NCBI GenBank assembly: GCA_963662275.1
Contig: OY759316.1
Location: forward strand, 1,152,001-1,216,000
DNA from: Candidatus Cloacimonadales bacterium
GTDB taxonomy: Bacteria; Cloacimonadota; Cloacimonadia; Cloacimonadales; DAONDQ01
Direction of reading: 5' to 3'
Length of the DNA stretch: 64,000 nt
Part shown: positions 28,256 to 37,556 of the stretch, in pieces
How the letters are laid out: each line of letters begins with the position of its first letter
Numbering within the stretch: position 1 is the stretch's first letter
Program-made: the position numbers and the translations under genes
The notes under the pieces: generated by a model
Seen by the model: only the letters and a program-made list of their open reading frames with translations
Database searches by the model: none
What the model was told of the DNA's origin: nothing

Positions 28256-31200
28256 TTATTTCATCAGTAACATCTTCCGAGTTGAAGAGTATTTTCCTGC
28301 ATACATCTTGCAGTAGTATATACCACTAGATACCTGGTTTCCATTTTGGTCTTTACCGTTCCATAATACCTTGTAGGTACCTTTGCTCTTGGTATCATTA
28401 ACTAGTGTACGTACCAATTGACCTTTCATATTGTAGATTTCAACTTTCACAGGAGCAGCATCTTTGACAGAGAAAGACAAAAGAGTAGTACCCGTAAATG
28501 GATTTGGATAATTGCCAAGAAGTTTTGTAGCTGTAACTACTCCTGGGTCTGATGTGGAAGTAAGAATTAACAGGAAGTTCAATACCAATTGCTGTCCGGC
28601 AATAATAGTCACATTTTGGGTATCCGTTGGGTATCCCTGTACCATGCACTGGACAGTTTGTTCACCCTGGGGCAAAAGCAGTGAGTAATTCCCATCAGCA
28701 TTCGAGAAAGTGGAATAGCTGCCAGATGAAATCCTGGCGCCATTGATAGGTGTATTAGATGTTCCATCAGAGACAAACCCAGTTAATGTTCCGAAGACCA
28801 CAAGCGGGGTTTCCAGGATATTGGAAAAAGTGGGCTGAGATGGAATATTGCCTGTGTAGATTGCTTTGACAGCCCATTCATAGGTACCGGAAGGCTGAGT
28901 ACTCCAAGCTGTATCAGTGAAATTAAGTGTATTAATGGCATCTTGAGTAAGTAACACCCAAGTTCCTTCATTGCTTTCCTGACCTGAGTTGAGTCTCCAG
29001 ACCTGATAACCGATGAGAGATCGGGTAAGTGTCCCGGTCTTGTTAATCTGTAAACGGGAAGTAGCTTGTTTATTACTATCAGGAAGAATTGGAGCCAGCC
29101 ATGTGAGATTTACACTGGTATGGTCAAGGCTCTCTGATGCGCTTAGTCCTGCAGGTGTATAAGGAACCTCATTCAGATTGAAATCCTGTGTGAGAGTACT
29201 ATCCTGTATGATTATTACCGTAATCGTCTGGTCATGGAATCCAAAGTAACTGGCAGTTACCTGGTGTTCTCCTATGGGGATATTACTGATCATGTAGTTA
29301 CCTAGTTCATCCGTAATAGCTTGACCACCGTCAACAACTTGAACTGTAGCATTAGGCAGCGGTTGATTATCGATTCCATAGACATGCCCTTGTAATTGAC
29401 CTTCTTCAATAGGAATGGGAATGGTTTCTATGATTACATCGTCAACATACAATCCGCGGTAAGTTCCTCCCAGTCCATGCATAAAAGCAACATAATGACC
29501 GCTTTCGGTAGAGTCTGCAAGATGGACGGTGTATTCAGTCCAAGCTGCAGCCAGGGTGATGGATTGTAATTCCGTATATGTAGCTGGGTCAAAAGGAGTA
29601 CTAATTCGACCTACTGACAGAGTATAATTGTTTTGATAACCTCGTGCCCAGAACGTGATTTGTGTTGTATTCAGATTGATTGTATCCACCAAAGGCGGTG
29701 CAACCAGGAGGATAGTACCTGCATTGTCTGTATTATTATATAAGTCTGCACTATTGGGTGAACTATTTGGAGCTACGATTACAGATGTAACAGTAGTCAC
29801 AGAACCATTGGATGTTGTTGGTACATATTTCAGCCAGTCCAGTGGTAAGCCAGGAGTTGTGACTCCATCGAAGTTCTGTGAATAGGGAAGAGAGTATATG
29901 GTAGGGTCGTAGCATGAGCCTTGCAGCGGTATTAAGTGGATCGCTCTTTTCCAATTCAGGTTATCAGCGATGGTGATGACTGCATTGCTCAAACCGGCTG
30001 CTGTGGGTTGATATATACAACTAAAGGTACTAGTTTGTCCGGCTTCGATAACCAGAGGAAACACAGGTAATCCTGAAAGTGAATACATTTCGCTACCAGT
30101 CACAGCAATGCTGTTTATTGTCAGAGCAGTGCTTCCCGAATTAAATATGACAAATGATTGTGTATTGATGCTATTCATCAGGACACTGCCCCAGTCTTTG
30201 GCTGATGGGTTGATTCCAAAGACAGGATTGGGATTTACCGGGTAATACGTAAATGAGGTCTTTGGAAATTGTCCTGATAGAGTACTGCCAGTGGTTGGAG
30301 GACTGGTAGGATCATATGTGACTGTGCTGCTGTAAATGTTGCGTGAGCGGTTTGTTCCTACAGTTTGGCATTGGAAGAGATCACTGCTATTGTAGGAAAG
30401 AGCTTCAATTGGTCTGTTGACCATCATGACCAGGTTGCCGCCTGTATAAGTATAAGGAGTTGTGAAACTGACATGTACTATGTTTTGTCCTGTTGGATAA
30501 TTCACGGTACCATCATAAACCTGGGTGAGTAGGGTTGAAGCAATCCAGCCAGTACTCAGGTCTGATTGAGCTGTTGTTCCGAGCCAGATTTTGGTAGGCA
30601 TGGCTGCCAGGTTGGATACAAAATTATTGTAGAATGACACCTCTGTAATCATACCGAAGGTATCAATTTCTGTACTTTGAAAGACGGTTTCAAAGAGGCT
30701 ATTGCGGTAATACATATCCATCGGAATCATAGATGTTTGATTTCCACTACCAATTGTAATTAGATGAATCCCTGCTTCCTGTACAGTAAGATTAATTGAA
30801 GAACTCTGGTCGTTCACAGTAATTGTGTCTCCAACCAATATCACTTTACCGTAGATGGTTATATCACCTGTTGCAGAAGGTGTCCAGCTAACTGTGACAG
30901 TAGCCGAAGTCAAGGGTTGGATTGCAATGCCGGGAACAGAAGCCAGTTCCGTATCACCAGACATGATTTTTACTAAATAGTCAGACTGCGCAGCAGTTCC
31001 AGCATTACGAACTGTAATCCTGTACCTGGAAGGTATCCCCATGGTAGGTGTGATATTCCCGCTGATACTTAAGCAAGCCATATTACTGGGAACTTGTATA
31101 ACAGGATTGAAATTATAGATTACATTGCTGCCTGGAAACGCAGCAATCGTTGACATTTCAGTTGTGGATGAACTCGTTGCAGGTGAACCGGGGGTTACGC

Positions 31201-31774
31201 TGAGATAATTATCGCTTCCTCCAGTGCTCATATTGATTCCAATGGAAGCAGAAGGACTAGTTGGTGTCCCAGTGGCATTGCCATACACAAATTCGATCTT
31301 ACCATTTTCGTAGAGCTTTGCCTGGAAATCAAATGTCGAAGCTGAATTGTTATTCCATTTACAGGTTGACCATTGGCAGGTAAAAACCCGGTTAGGCTCT
31401 GTACCTTCCGTAATATAAGCAGCTCCGCCTCCCGTAAGGTTAAGGTTATCCCACAAGGGAGCGACAACCGGACATACTGTCGTGCTTACCAGGCTGTTGT
31501 TTTGTGAAGTACTGGTACCAATAGTGCCAAGGTACATGAATCCGTTGGATGACATCTTGATTTGAGTATAAGTGTTCAGTCCATAGGGAAAGGAAAAGCC
31601 GATATCCAAGGCACTGGAAAGGACATTGTCTCCCAGTATCGTGGTGATGGCAGTACCCGTTATCGCATTGTAATTCCCAGTTGTTGAACTGAATGTGTAG
31701 TAGTTGCTGATCTGTGCAGTGAGGCTGCTAATAGACAGAATGAGAATGAGCAGGGGCAATAGATAACTCTTCAT
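28256..31774 (-). CDS. Large secreted surface protein (CARDB/Ig-like, choice-of-anchor-like and carboxypeptidase-regulatory-like domains, FlgD-Ig/T9SS-type CTD)
   Basis: Signal peptide; APLWDNL; C-terminus NYPNPF..IYNMKGQLVRTL..WNGKD..SSGIYY..KMLLMK. Confidence 0.85.
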   Translation of the reverse strand: MKSYLLPLLILILSISSLTAQISNYYTFSSTTGNYNAITGTAITTILGDNVLSSALDIGFSFPYGLNTYTQIKMSSNGFMYLGTIGTSTSQNNSLVSTTVCPVVAPLWDNLNLTGGGAAYITEGTEPNRVFTCQWSTCKWNNNSASTFDFQAKLYENGKIEFVYGNATGTPTSPSASIGINMSTGGSDNYLSVTPGSPATSSSTTEMSTIAAFPGSNVIYNFNPVIQVPSNMACLSISGNITPTMGIPSRYRITVRNAGTAAQSDYLVKIMSGDTELASVPGIAIQPLTSATVTVSWTPSATGDITIYGKVILVGDTITVNDQSSSINLTVQEAGIHLITIGSGNQTSMIPMDMYYRNSLFETVFQSTEIDTFGMITEVSFYNNFVSNLAAMPTKIWLGTTAQSDLSTGWIASTLLTQVYDGTVNYPTGQNIVHVSFTTPYTYTGGNLVMMVNRPIEALSYNSSDLFQCQTVGTNRSRNIYSSTVTYDPTSPPTTGSTLSGQFPKTSFTYYPVNPNPVFGINPSAKDWGSVLMNSINTQSFVIFNSGSTALTINSIAVTGSEMYSLSGLPVFPLVIEAGQTSTFSCIYQPTAAGLSNAVITIADNLNWKRAIHLIPLQGSCYDPTIYSLPYSQNFDGVTTPGLPLDWLKYVPTTSNGSVTTVTSVIVAPNSSPNSADLYNNTDNAGTILLVAPPLVDTINLNTTQITFWARGYQNNYTLSVGRISTPFDPATYTELQSITLAAAWTEYTVHLADSTESGHYVAFMHGLGGTYRGLYVDDVIIETIPIPIEEGQLQGHVYGIDNQPLPNATVQVVDGGQAITDELGNYMISNIPIGEHQVTASYFGFHDQTITVIIIQDSTLTQDFNLNEVPYTPAGLSASESLDHTSVNLTWLAPILPDSNKQATSRLQINKTGTLTRSLIGYQVWRLNSGQESNEGTWVLLTQDAINTLNFTDTAWSTQPSGTYEWAVKAIYTGNIPSQPTFSNILETPLVVFGTLTGFVSDGTSNTPINGARISSGSYSTFSNADGNYSLLLPQGEQTVQCMVQGYPTDTQNVTIIAGQQLVLNFLLILTSTSDPGVVTATKLLGNYPNPFTGTTLLSFSVKDAAPVKVEIYNMKGQLVRTLVNDTKSKGTYKVLWNGKDQNGNQVSSGIYYCKMYAGKYSSTRKMLLMK

Positions 31775-31961
31775 AGTTAACTCCTTGTTTTAAACCTACA
31801 GATTGAAATAAGAGCATATTCAAGACTGTATGTCAGTTAACTCGTCCCCTAGCATATCTGACATGGATTTATAGCATTGCCTTGAAGACATATGCTTTTT
31901 TAAAACTTCTGAACTTCAATTTTTAGTCAAACTTTTTTTTATATCTGACAGCATGTTTACT

Positions 31962-32094
31962 TCAGTAGGATCTGCATCCTACTCTACGACCGAAGCGCAT
32001 ACTTTAGGAGGCTTTATATTTGAGACTCATATTTAATAAGATCGGAATCTTATTCTACAACGTTGATTCAGTAGGATCGGCGTCCTACTCTACA
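31962..32094 (-). repeat. Cluster of three GTAG REP-like palindromes
   Basis: gtaggatctgcatcctactctac, taagatcggaatcttattctac, gtaggatcggcgtcctactctac. Confidence 0.7.
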
Positions 32095-32164
32095 TTTACA
32101 TTCTCATTGACATATTCTCATACTTAATACCTCTAAGTCCATCATATGATTTTTAGGAGTTATC

Positions 32165-33403
32165 ATGCGGGAAGTAAGAAAATTAGAAAAGAATCAACTA
32201 AAAGATGCACTGAGTATTGCTGCAAAAGCTTATCCCATGATGGGATTAACATCTGAGTTAAAACTACAGGAATTTGAAACAAGAATACTGGAGGATTTCA
32301 ACCAGGAATCCGGTACATGGTATGGGCTTTTTGAAGATAGTATCTTACTGGGTTGCATGATATTGTATGACTTTGTAATTAACTATTATGGTCATGAGAT
32401 CAAAGCAAAGGGCATTGGGGCAGTGGCTGTGGAATTCCTGCATAAGAAGCAGAAAGTATGCAAGGAACTGCTGCACTGGTATTTGGAATATTCTCTTAAG
32501 CAGAAATATCCCCTTGCCATGCTGTATGCTTTCAAACCGGAGTTTTATTATAAAATGGGATTTGGATATGGTACAACCTGCTATAATTATGTTACCAAGC
32601 CCAATCTGATACCTAAATCAAATGAAAACTATAAGATGGATTATCTCAATCAATCTGATGTCGATGATATCTTGGCTTTTTATCATGAGATTTATCAAGG
32701 CATTCATGGAATGACCCCGAGAAAAGAGAAGAATATTGCTGCTTTATTAAAGACTCCCGGCTTGTATTTTGTCTGCTATCGGGAACAAGAAAAACTGACC
32801 GCATTATTGGTTTTTCGCCTGATATCAAATGATTCTACTAACAATGAAACAGATATGGAATTAGACCTGCTATTTACAACTCCAATAGGACTTAAAGCTG
32901 CTATGAACTTCCTAAACAGTCAATCTGACCAGGTGAGACAGATATCCATTTCTACTTTATACAAAGATTTCTTCTATAATTTCGCAGATATCCGGCATAT
33001 TGATCATAAGGTATTAAAACAACCAGGCTATCATCATACTTATGATGCCGGCATGGGCATTATGTATAGAAGCTTAAACTCGATAGAATTAATCACAAAA
33101 AGACCAAGTACATTAGATAACATCAAAATCCGATTTATCCTCAATGATTCTTTTGTGGAAGACTGCCCAAAGGATTTCGTCATGGAATGGAAAGCAGGCA
33201 AAGCCAGTTTATCTAAAAGCAAGAAATACGACCTCGAACTCAAGTTTGATGTCTCTGATTTCTCTTCCTGGATTCTGAATGCAATTGATATCACGACTCT
33301 CTATCAATATGGGTTGGTGGAGATATCAGATAAGAAATATATTCCTTTCTTGGAGCAGGCTTTCTATTATCAGCAGAAACCTACCTGCCTGGAAAGATTT
33401 TAG
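32165..33403 (+). CDS. Eis-like GNAT acetyltransferase
   Basis: GIGAVAV, LYAFKPEFYYKMGFG, about 410 aa with an SCP2-like C-terminus ending ERF. Confidence 0.8.
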   Translation: MREVRKLEKNQLKDALSIAAKAYPMMGLTSELKLQEFETRILEDFNQESGTWYGLFEDSILLGCMILYDFVINYYGHEIKAKGIGAVAVEFLHKKQKVCKELLHWYLEYSLKQKYPLAMLYAFKPEFYYKMGFGYGTTCYNYVTKPNLIPKSNENYKMDYLNQSDVDDILAFYHEIYQGIHGMTPRKEKNIAALLKTPGLYFVCYREQEKLTALLVFRLISNDSTNNETDMELDLLFTTPIGLKAAMNFLNSQSDQVRQISISTLYKDFFYNFADIRHIDHKVLKQPGYHHTYDAGMGIMYRSLNSIELITKRPSTLDNIKIRFILNDSFVEDCPKDFVMEWKAGKASLSKSKKYDLELKFDVSDFSSWILNAIDITTLYQYGLVEISDKKYIPFLEQAFYYQQKPTCLERF

Positions 33404-33622
33404 TCGTAGCACCTACTTCAGGAGGTAAATAATCGTAGCACTTACTTCAGTGGGTAATGTTTTTTGTGGCTACTGCTTCAGCATGTGGGTAATGTTCTTT
33501 AAGTCATTGTCGGCTCATTACAAAACAAGATAAATCATGTTGCCAAGTTACCTGAAGGAAACAACCACCAGATACTAAAACATCCTGAAATATGCGCTAC
33601 GTTACATCCTGAAGTAAGTAAT
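33404..33622. repeat. REP-like cluster (gtagc..tacttcag / ctgaa..gctac)
   Basis: Three direct units followed by inverted units between convergent genes. Confidence 0.55.
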
Positions 33623-33670
33623 ACACCTCACTGGTGCCTGATACCTGGGTTGTGTAGCAATAGTACATAT

Positions 33671-34474
33671 TTACTCAATTTCTGCAGTTCTCAAAATACG
33701 GACAAGTTCCGACATCCCCTCCTTAAAATGACCAGAACTGAGATCAAACCATTGCAACTTACTCAAAACATGCTCTTCATGATTTGGTAGCAACTCCATA
33801 ATCTCGTTAAGATCAACTAGCGATACTAGCAAAATACTCTGTCGTTGTGATTTTTGTATCGTTCCAATTGAGTCGACTATTTCCTTAAGACAAAATGGGT
33901 TTTCAAAAAATGCTCTGTTGATCAGTAATAAAACGTAGCCATTTTGGATGAAATATTCTAAAGTCATTGCAATTGAGTTAATCCAATCAGATTTTGTATG
34001 ATTATCGTGATTGTAATAGATACTAAAACCTTCATGAGAGAGGTAATCAATTATTTGATGGGCTATTTCGATATCTTGATTTGAGTAGGATAGAAATATG
34101 GTTGCACGTTTTGATAAGCGAGTGAGTTTGTATTGTTCGAACTGAAGACCTCTTTCTAGATTAATTGTTTCAACAACCTTTCCTTCCTTTTCCATCGACT
34201 TTACTAAGTTCATTTCTCTCATAACAGACTTAGAACTCTGAGCATCTGGACTATCACAGATTAAAAACCATTCACGAGCTCTGATTTCACGTTCAATAAG
34301 TTTCCAAAGCAATTCATCATCTGATTCTGTATCCTCCATGCATTTGAGGTAGAATAATACAGGGTTGTGACCTAAACTTTCAAGTTCGTTTCTTATCTCA
34401 CGAACCTTCTCAATATCCTTATTTGAATGAGAAACGAATATCCAAGCTCCTGAACCATTGTTTGGTGTATTCAT
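33671..34474 (-). CDS. Tandem TIR-TIR domain protein
   Basis: WIFVSHSNKD...VMRE and IFLSYSNQD...FCLKE. Confidence 0.8.
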   Translation of the reverse strand: MNTPNNGSGAWIFVSHSNKDIEKVREIRNELESLGHNPVLFYLKCMEDTESDDELLWKLIEREIRAREWFLICDSPDAQSSKSVMREMNLVKSMEKEGKVVETINLERGLQFEQYKLTRLSKRATIFLSYSNQDIEIAHQIIDYLSHEGFSIYYNHDNHTKSDWINSIAMTLEYFIQNGYVLLLINRAFFENPFCLKEIVDSIGTIQKSQRQSILLVSLVDLNEIMELLPNHEEHVLSKLQWFDLSSGHFKEGMSELVRILRTAEIE

Positions 34475-34520
34475 TTCAAATCTCCAATATCTTCACTAAA
34501 ACATATCCTGCCTAACTATC

Positions 34521-34775
34521 TTACAAAAAAAAAGGACGGCATTTGTTGATTTCATCCAGGCATAGCTTCAGTGTTTCTTTGCGAGTATTCTGTTCTTCAT
34601 TAATCCCCCAGCGCAAATCTACTTCAGTCAATTCCACATGTCGTTCTCTGCAGAAGCTACGCAGTTCCGGCCAACAGTGGCTCATGAGTTCATTACGCTC
34701 TTCCATCATATCACGGAAGGTGGAAGAGACAAAGATACGGATACTACGGTTATCGGATTTCAGGTTATCTGGCAT
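34521..34775 (-). pseudogene. Truncated DUF4062-domain gene
   Basis: IRIFVSSTFRDMMEER..VDLRWG..CLDEINKCRPFF, then a stop after a T9 run; the LLGxRYG motif is missing. Confidence 0.75.
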
Positions 34776-34799
34776 ATTGCCCTCCTTCAATGAATCGTA

Positions 34800-37556
34800 T
34801 TATTTCGGCTGAACAATCACAGTAACCTGCTCGGGGTTTTCCTTTATTTCAACTTGGAGTTTTGCCTTATCCTCTGTCGGTTTCTTAGATGTTGTAAGAT
34901 TAACCTCTTTTACCTTCTCTACTGTATAACCAGCTTCTGAAAGGAATTTAGGGATATTTTTCACTATTATTCTATCTTTATCCTTTTCTTCCTTAGAAAG
35001 TTCCGTTCTTCCCATCCTGGCAGCAATCCAAGGTTCAATGCCAGCCCATTCCTCCTCACTCATCACCCGCCAGGGAAGGAGGCAATTGTGATATAGTTTT
35101 TCCTCGTCTCTTACTTTGTTATATACCCAACCTCGACTGAGTTTGGATAAGCACCAGCGCCAGTGTTCCTTTTCTGCAAGAAACTCGATTTCTTCTTTGC
35201 TAAGACTAATGGATTTCTGATTAGCACGGGCTGGATAGAGAATGTAGCCAATTGATCGCAATTTCTCCACAATATCCTTCACATTTTGACGATTCTCTAT
35301 CTTGAAATCTTCTTTTAAACCTTCATAATCTTCGTTTGCCTTCGCTGAATTCACATTTGCACGATATACCGTGTGAACGCTTGCAGCAAGCTTTTCGAGC
35401 AATTCGTCCTTCAGCACCGGAGCTTGCACCAAAGCCAGGAACTCACGTCCATTCACATGGATATTCAATTGTTCTTCAGGAGGGAGGCAAGAACGCTCAT
35501 AATAGCCTTTTCCGTTTAATAAGCTGGAAGAAATGATAGACTCAATAGAACGTACCCCATGTTTATATTCGGAAATACAGAGAAAAGCATGAAGAACACC
35601 TGGATCGATCTTGACCTTATCAGTCTTTCCTTCCCGTTGAACGATCTTGGGTGCATGCCTGGTCAGTAATTCGCGAAGCAATATAGCTCTTCTAATGATA
35701 TAGTGAGAATCAGGAATGCCGTTCGTTGATAGAGGATTTGGACCAATAATATTGAGAAAGCCATGCAGACGACTTACGAAGTCAGGTCCTTTGACATTAC
35801 GGAATTCAGTGTTTGCTCTGCCTTTATCGAACTCAGTGATAGAACTTGCAGTACCACCTGCAAATACAAAGACAGCTTTACCGATATGATGAGTGACCTG
35901 TCCATCCTGGAATTCGCCATCCTGCATTGGGGAAAGAAAATAGCGAAGCCATTCTTTATCACCTGTGTCAAACTCATCCCAGAATACAAGAGGAATCTTT
36001 CCTGCCAATCCTATATCACGTACCTGGTGAAGTGCGCCTACCAATTCAGAAGAATCTCCAAACTGGGAGATATTAAAGGTGATATCGACTATTTTATCTT
36101 TCGCTATGGCACGTGCCACTTGTTTCACACCGAAAGATTTACCAGCACCAGGAGGTCCAAAGACAGCTAAACACAGGGGGCGATGTTTCGGTTCGCTGAC
36201 ATATTGCTTTATCAGGGCACTGATGCTTTGATATCCCTCGATTTCTCGACGATCTGCTGTTACAAAATCATTGAATATTCCTAAAGGTACATTCTTAAGT
36301 GCTGACTTGTATCCATCTGTCACAATCTGTTCAGCAATGGTTTCAAGACTGGGTTTGTCTTCGTCACCCAATACACCAGGCTGATCATACATCTCATCGA
36401 GAATTGTCCAGGTTCCGCTCCGATAACCAATTGGCAGGTGTAGAGGATCGAGATTCCTGACAGGATTCTGTACTTTAACTACAGATAAGTTCTCTTCGTT
36501 ATCTATCTGGGATGCTATCAAGTCTAATGGAAATACAGGTGGAGTGAGCTTGTCATTGCTTTTCTGCGGACCAAATCCTTCTTTTTGCAGATTTCTCATG
36601 GCATTCACACCACAACAGATCGCTGCGTTTAAGTCCGGAGCAGAGGATTTCATAAGCTCATTAACAACAGAAGCAGTTAAACAAACAGTATAACCTATCA
36701 TCATACCTGGATAGGGTTTTGCCCAAGTACCTTCATAATAATTTGGATCAAAGAATAACAGGCAATCCCAATCTTCAGGCTTGTTCTTCTTCAAAAGCAA
36801 GGCACCTTCCGGTCCGATGGAAACAATGACATAAGCACATTCAGACAAGCTGCTTACACATGGATTGTGGGTTAGTTCCCAAAACAAATCCTGAGCCATT
36901 CTCTCCCAGGAAAGTTCTCTGCTCACGTGGATGGAAGTACGGCGTAAATCTGTGAGTGTGAGTACCGCGATGGTTCGATCAGCATGATGTTTAACGATAT
37001 GATGCCATATTTTACCTTCTTTCATTTCCGCAACAGGACTGGCAGATTTGACAATAATCCAGCTTGGCTTTTTACCTTTTTGAATGGCTTTGGGCCATAA
37101 CTCCTGGTGATCTCTAAATCCTAAACCTGCATCATCAATAATGACAATATCTGCGGTTTCCGGGTTTTCGACAGGGGCAGTTATCTCACATGTATCTGGC
37201 GTATCACCGCCACAGAAACTGTCTAATCCAATGAATTCTGCAACTCTCCATACGAGATTATCCTTGTCTTTATCAGTCTTGTCTGAAGGTTCCCAAATGG
37301 CATAGGAATGATGGACTCTATGGTCATTGGGTAGCAGCGGTGTTGAAGGAAGTTCACTCTTTATTAAATGTATATCCATTCCCTTACTGGATTTGATTTC
37401 CTCAATCAAATCACTCAGCATGGCTGCACCACCAGATTGTAAACATGCCCGTGAAGTATCCACAGCATTCCATGCCTGACCACCGGTCTTTCCCTTCTTA
37501 ATCCGTGCAATGTTCCAATCTGCTGTGACATCACCCGTTATGATAATGTGTTTCAT
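34800..37556 (-). CDS. Multidomain protein: PfkB/ribokinase-like N-terminus, P-loop AAA-like ATPase, C-terminal RyR domain
   Basis: IIITGDVTADW..GGAA; GPPGAGKS, LVFWDEFD; LAEKEHWRW..GWVY..RD..HNCLLPW..EKDKDR. Confidence 0.75.
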   Translation of the reverse strand: MKHIIITGDVTADWNIARIKKGKTGGQAWNAVDTSRACLQSGGAAMLSDLIEEIKSSKGMDIHLIKSELPSTPLLPNDHRVHHSYAIWEPSDKTDKDKDNLVWRVAEFIGLDSFCGGDTPDTCEITAPVENPETADIVIIDDAGLGFRDHQELWPKAIQKGKKPSWIIVKSASPVAEMKEGKIWHHIVKHHADRTIAVLTLTDLRRTSIHVSRELSWERMAQDLFWELTHNPCVSSLSECAYVIVSIGPEGALLLKKNKPEDWDCLLFFDPNYYEGTWAKPYPGMMIGYTVCLTASVVNELMKSSAPDLNAAICCGVNAMRNLQKEGFGPQKSNDKLTPPVFPLDLIASQIDNEENLSVVKVQNPVRNLDPLHLPIGYRSGTWTILDEMYDQPGVLGDEDKPSLETIAEQIVTDGYKSALKNVPLGIFNDFVTADRREIEGYQSISALIKQYVSEPKHRPLCLAVFGPPGAGKSFGVKQVARAIAKDKIVDITFNISQFGDSSELVGALHQVRDIGLAGKIPLVFWDEFDTGDKEWLRYFLSPMQDGEFQDGQVTHHIGKAVFVFAGGTASSITEFDKGRANTEFRNVKGPDFVSRLHGFLNIIGPNPLSTNGIPDSHYIIRRAILLRELLTRHAPKIVQREGKTDKVKIDPGVLHAFLCISEYKHGVRSIESIISSSLLNGKGYYERSCLPPEEQLNIHVNGREFLALVQAPVLKDELLEKLAASVHTVYRANVNSAKANEDYEGLKEDFKIENRQNVKDIVEKLRSIGYILYPARANQKSISLSKEEIEFLAEKEHWRWCLSKLSRGWVYNKVRDEEKLYHNCLLPWRVMSEEEWAGIEPWIAARMGRTELSKEEKDKDRIIVKNIPKFLSEAGYTVEKVKEVNLTTSKKPTEDKAKLQVEIKENPEQVTVIVQPK

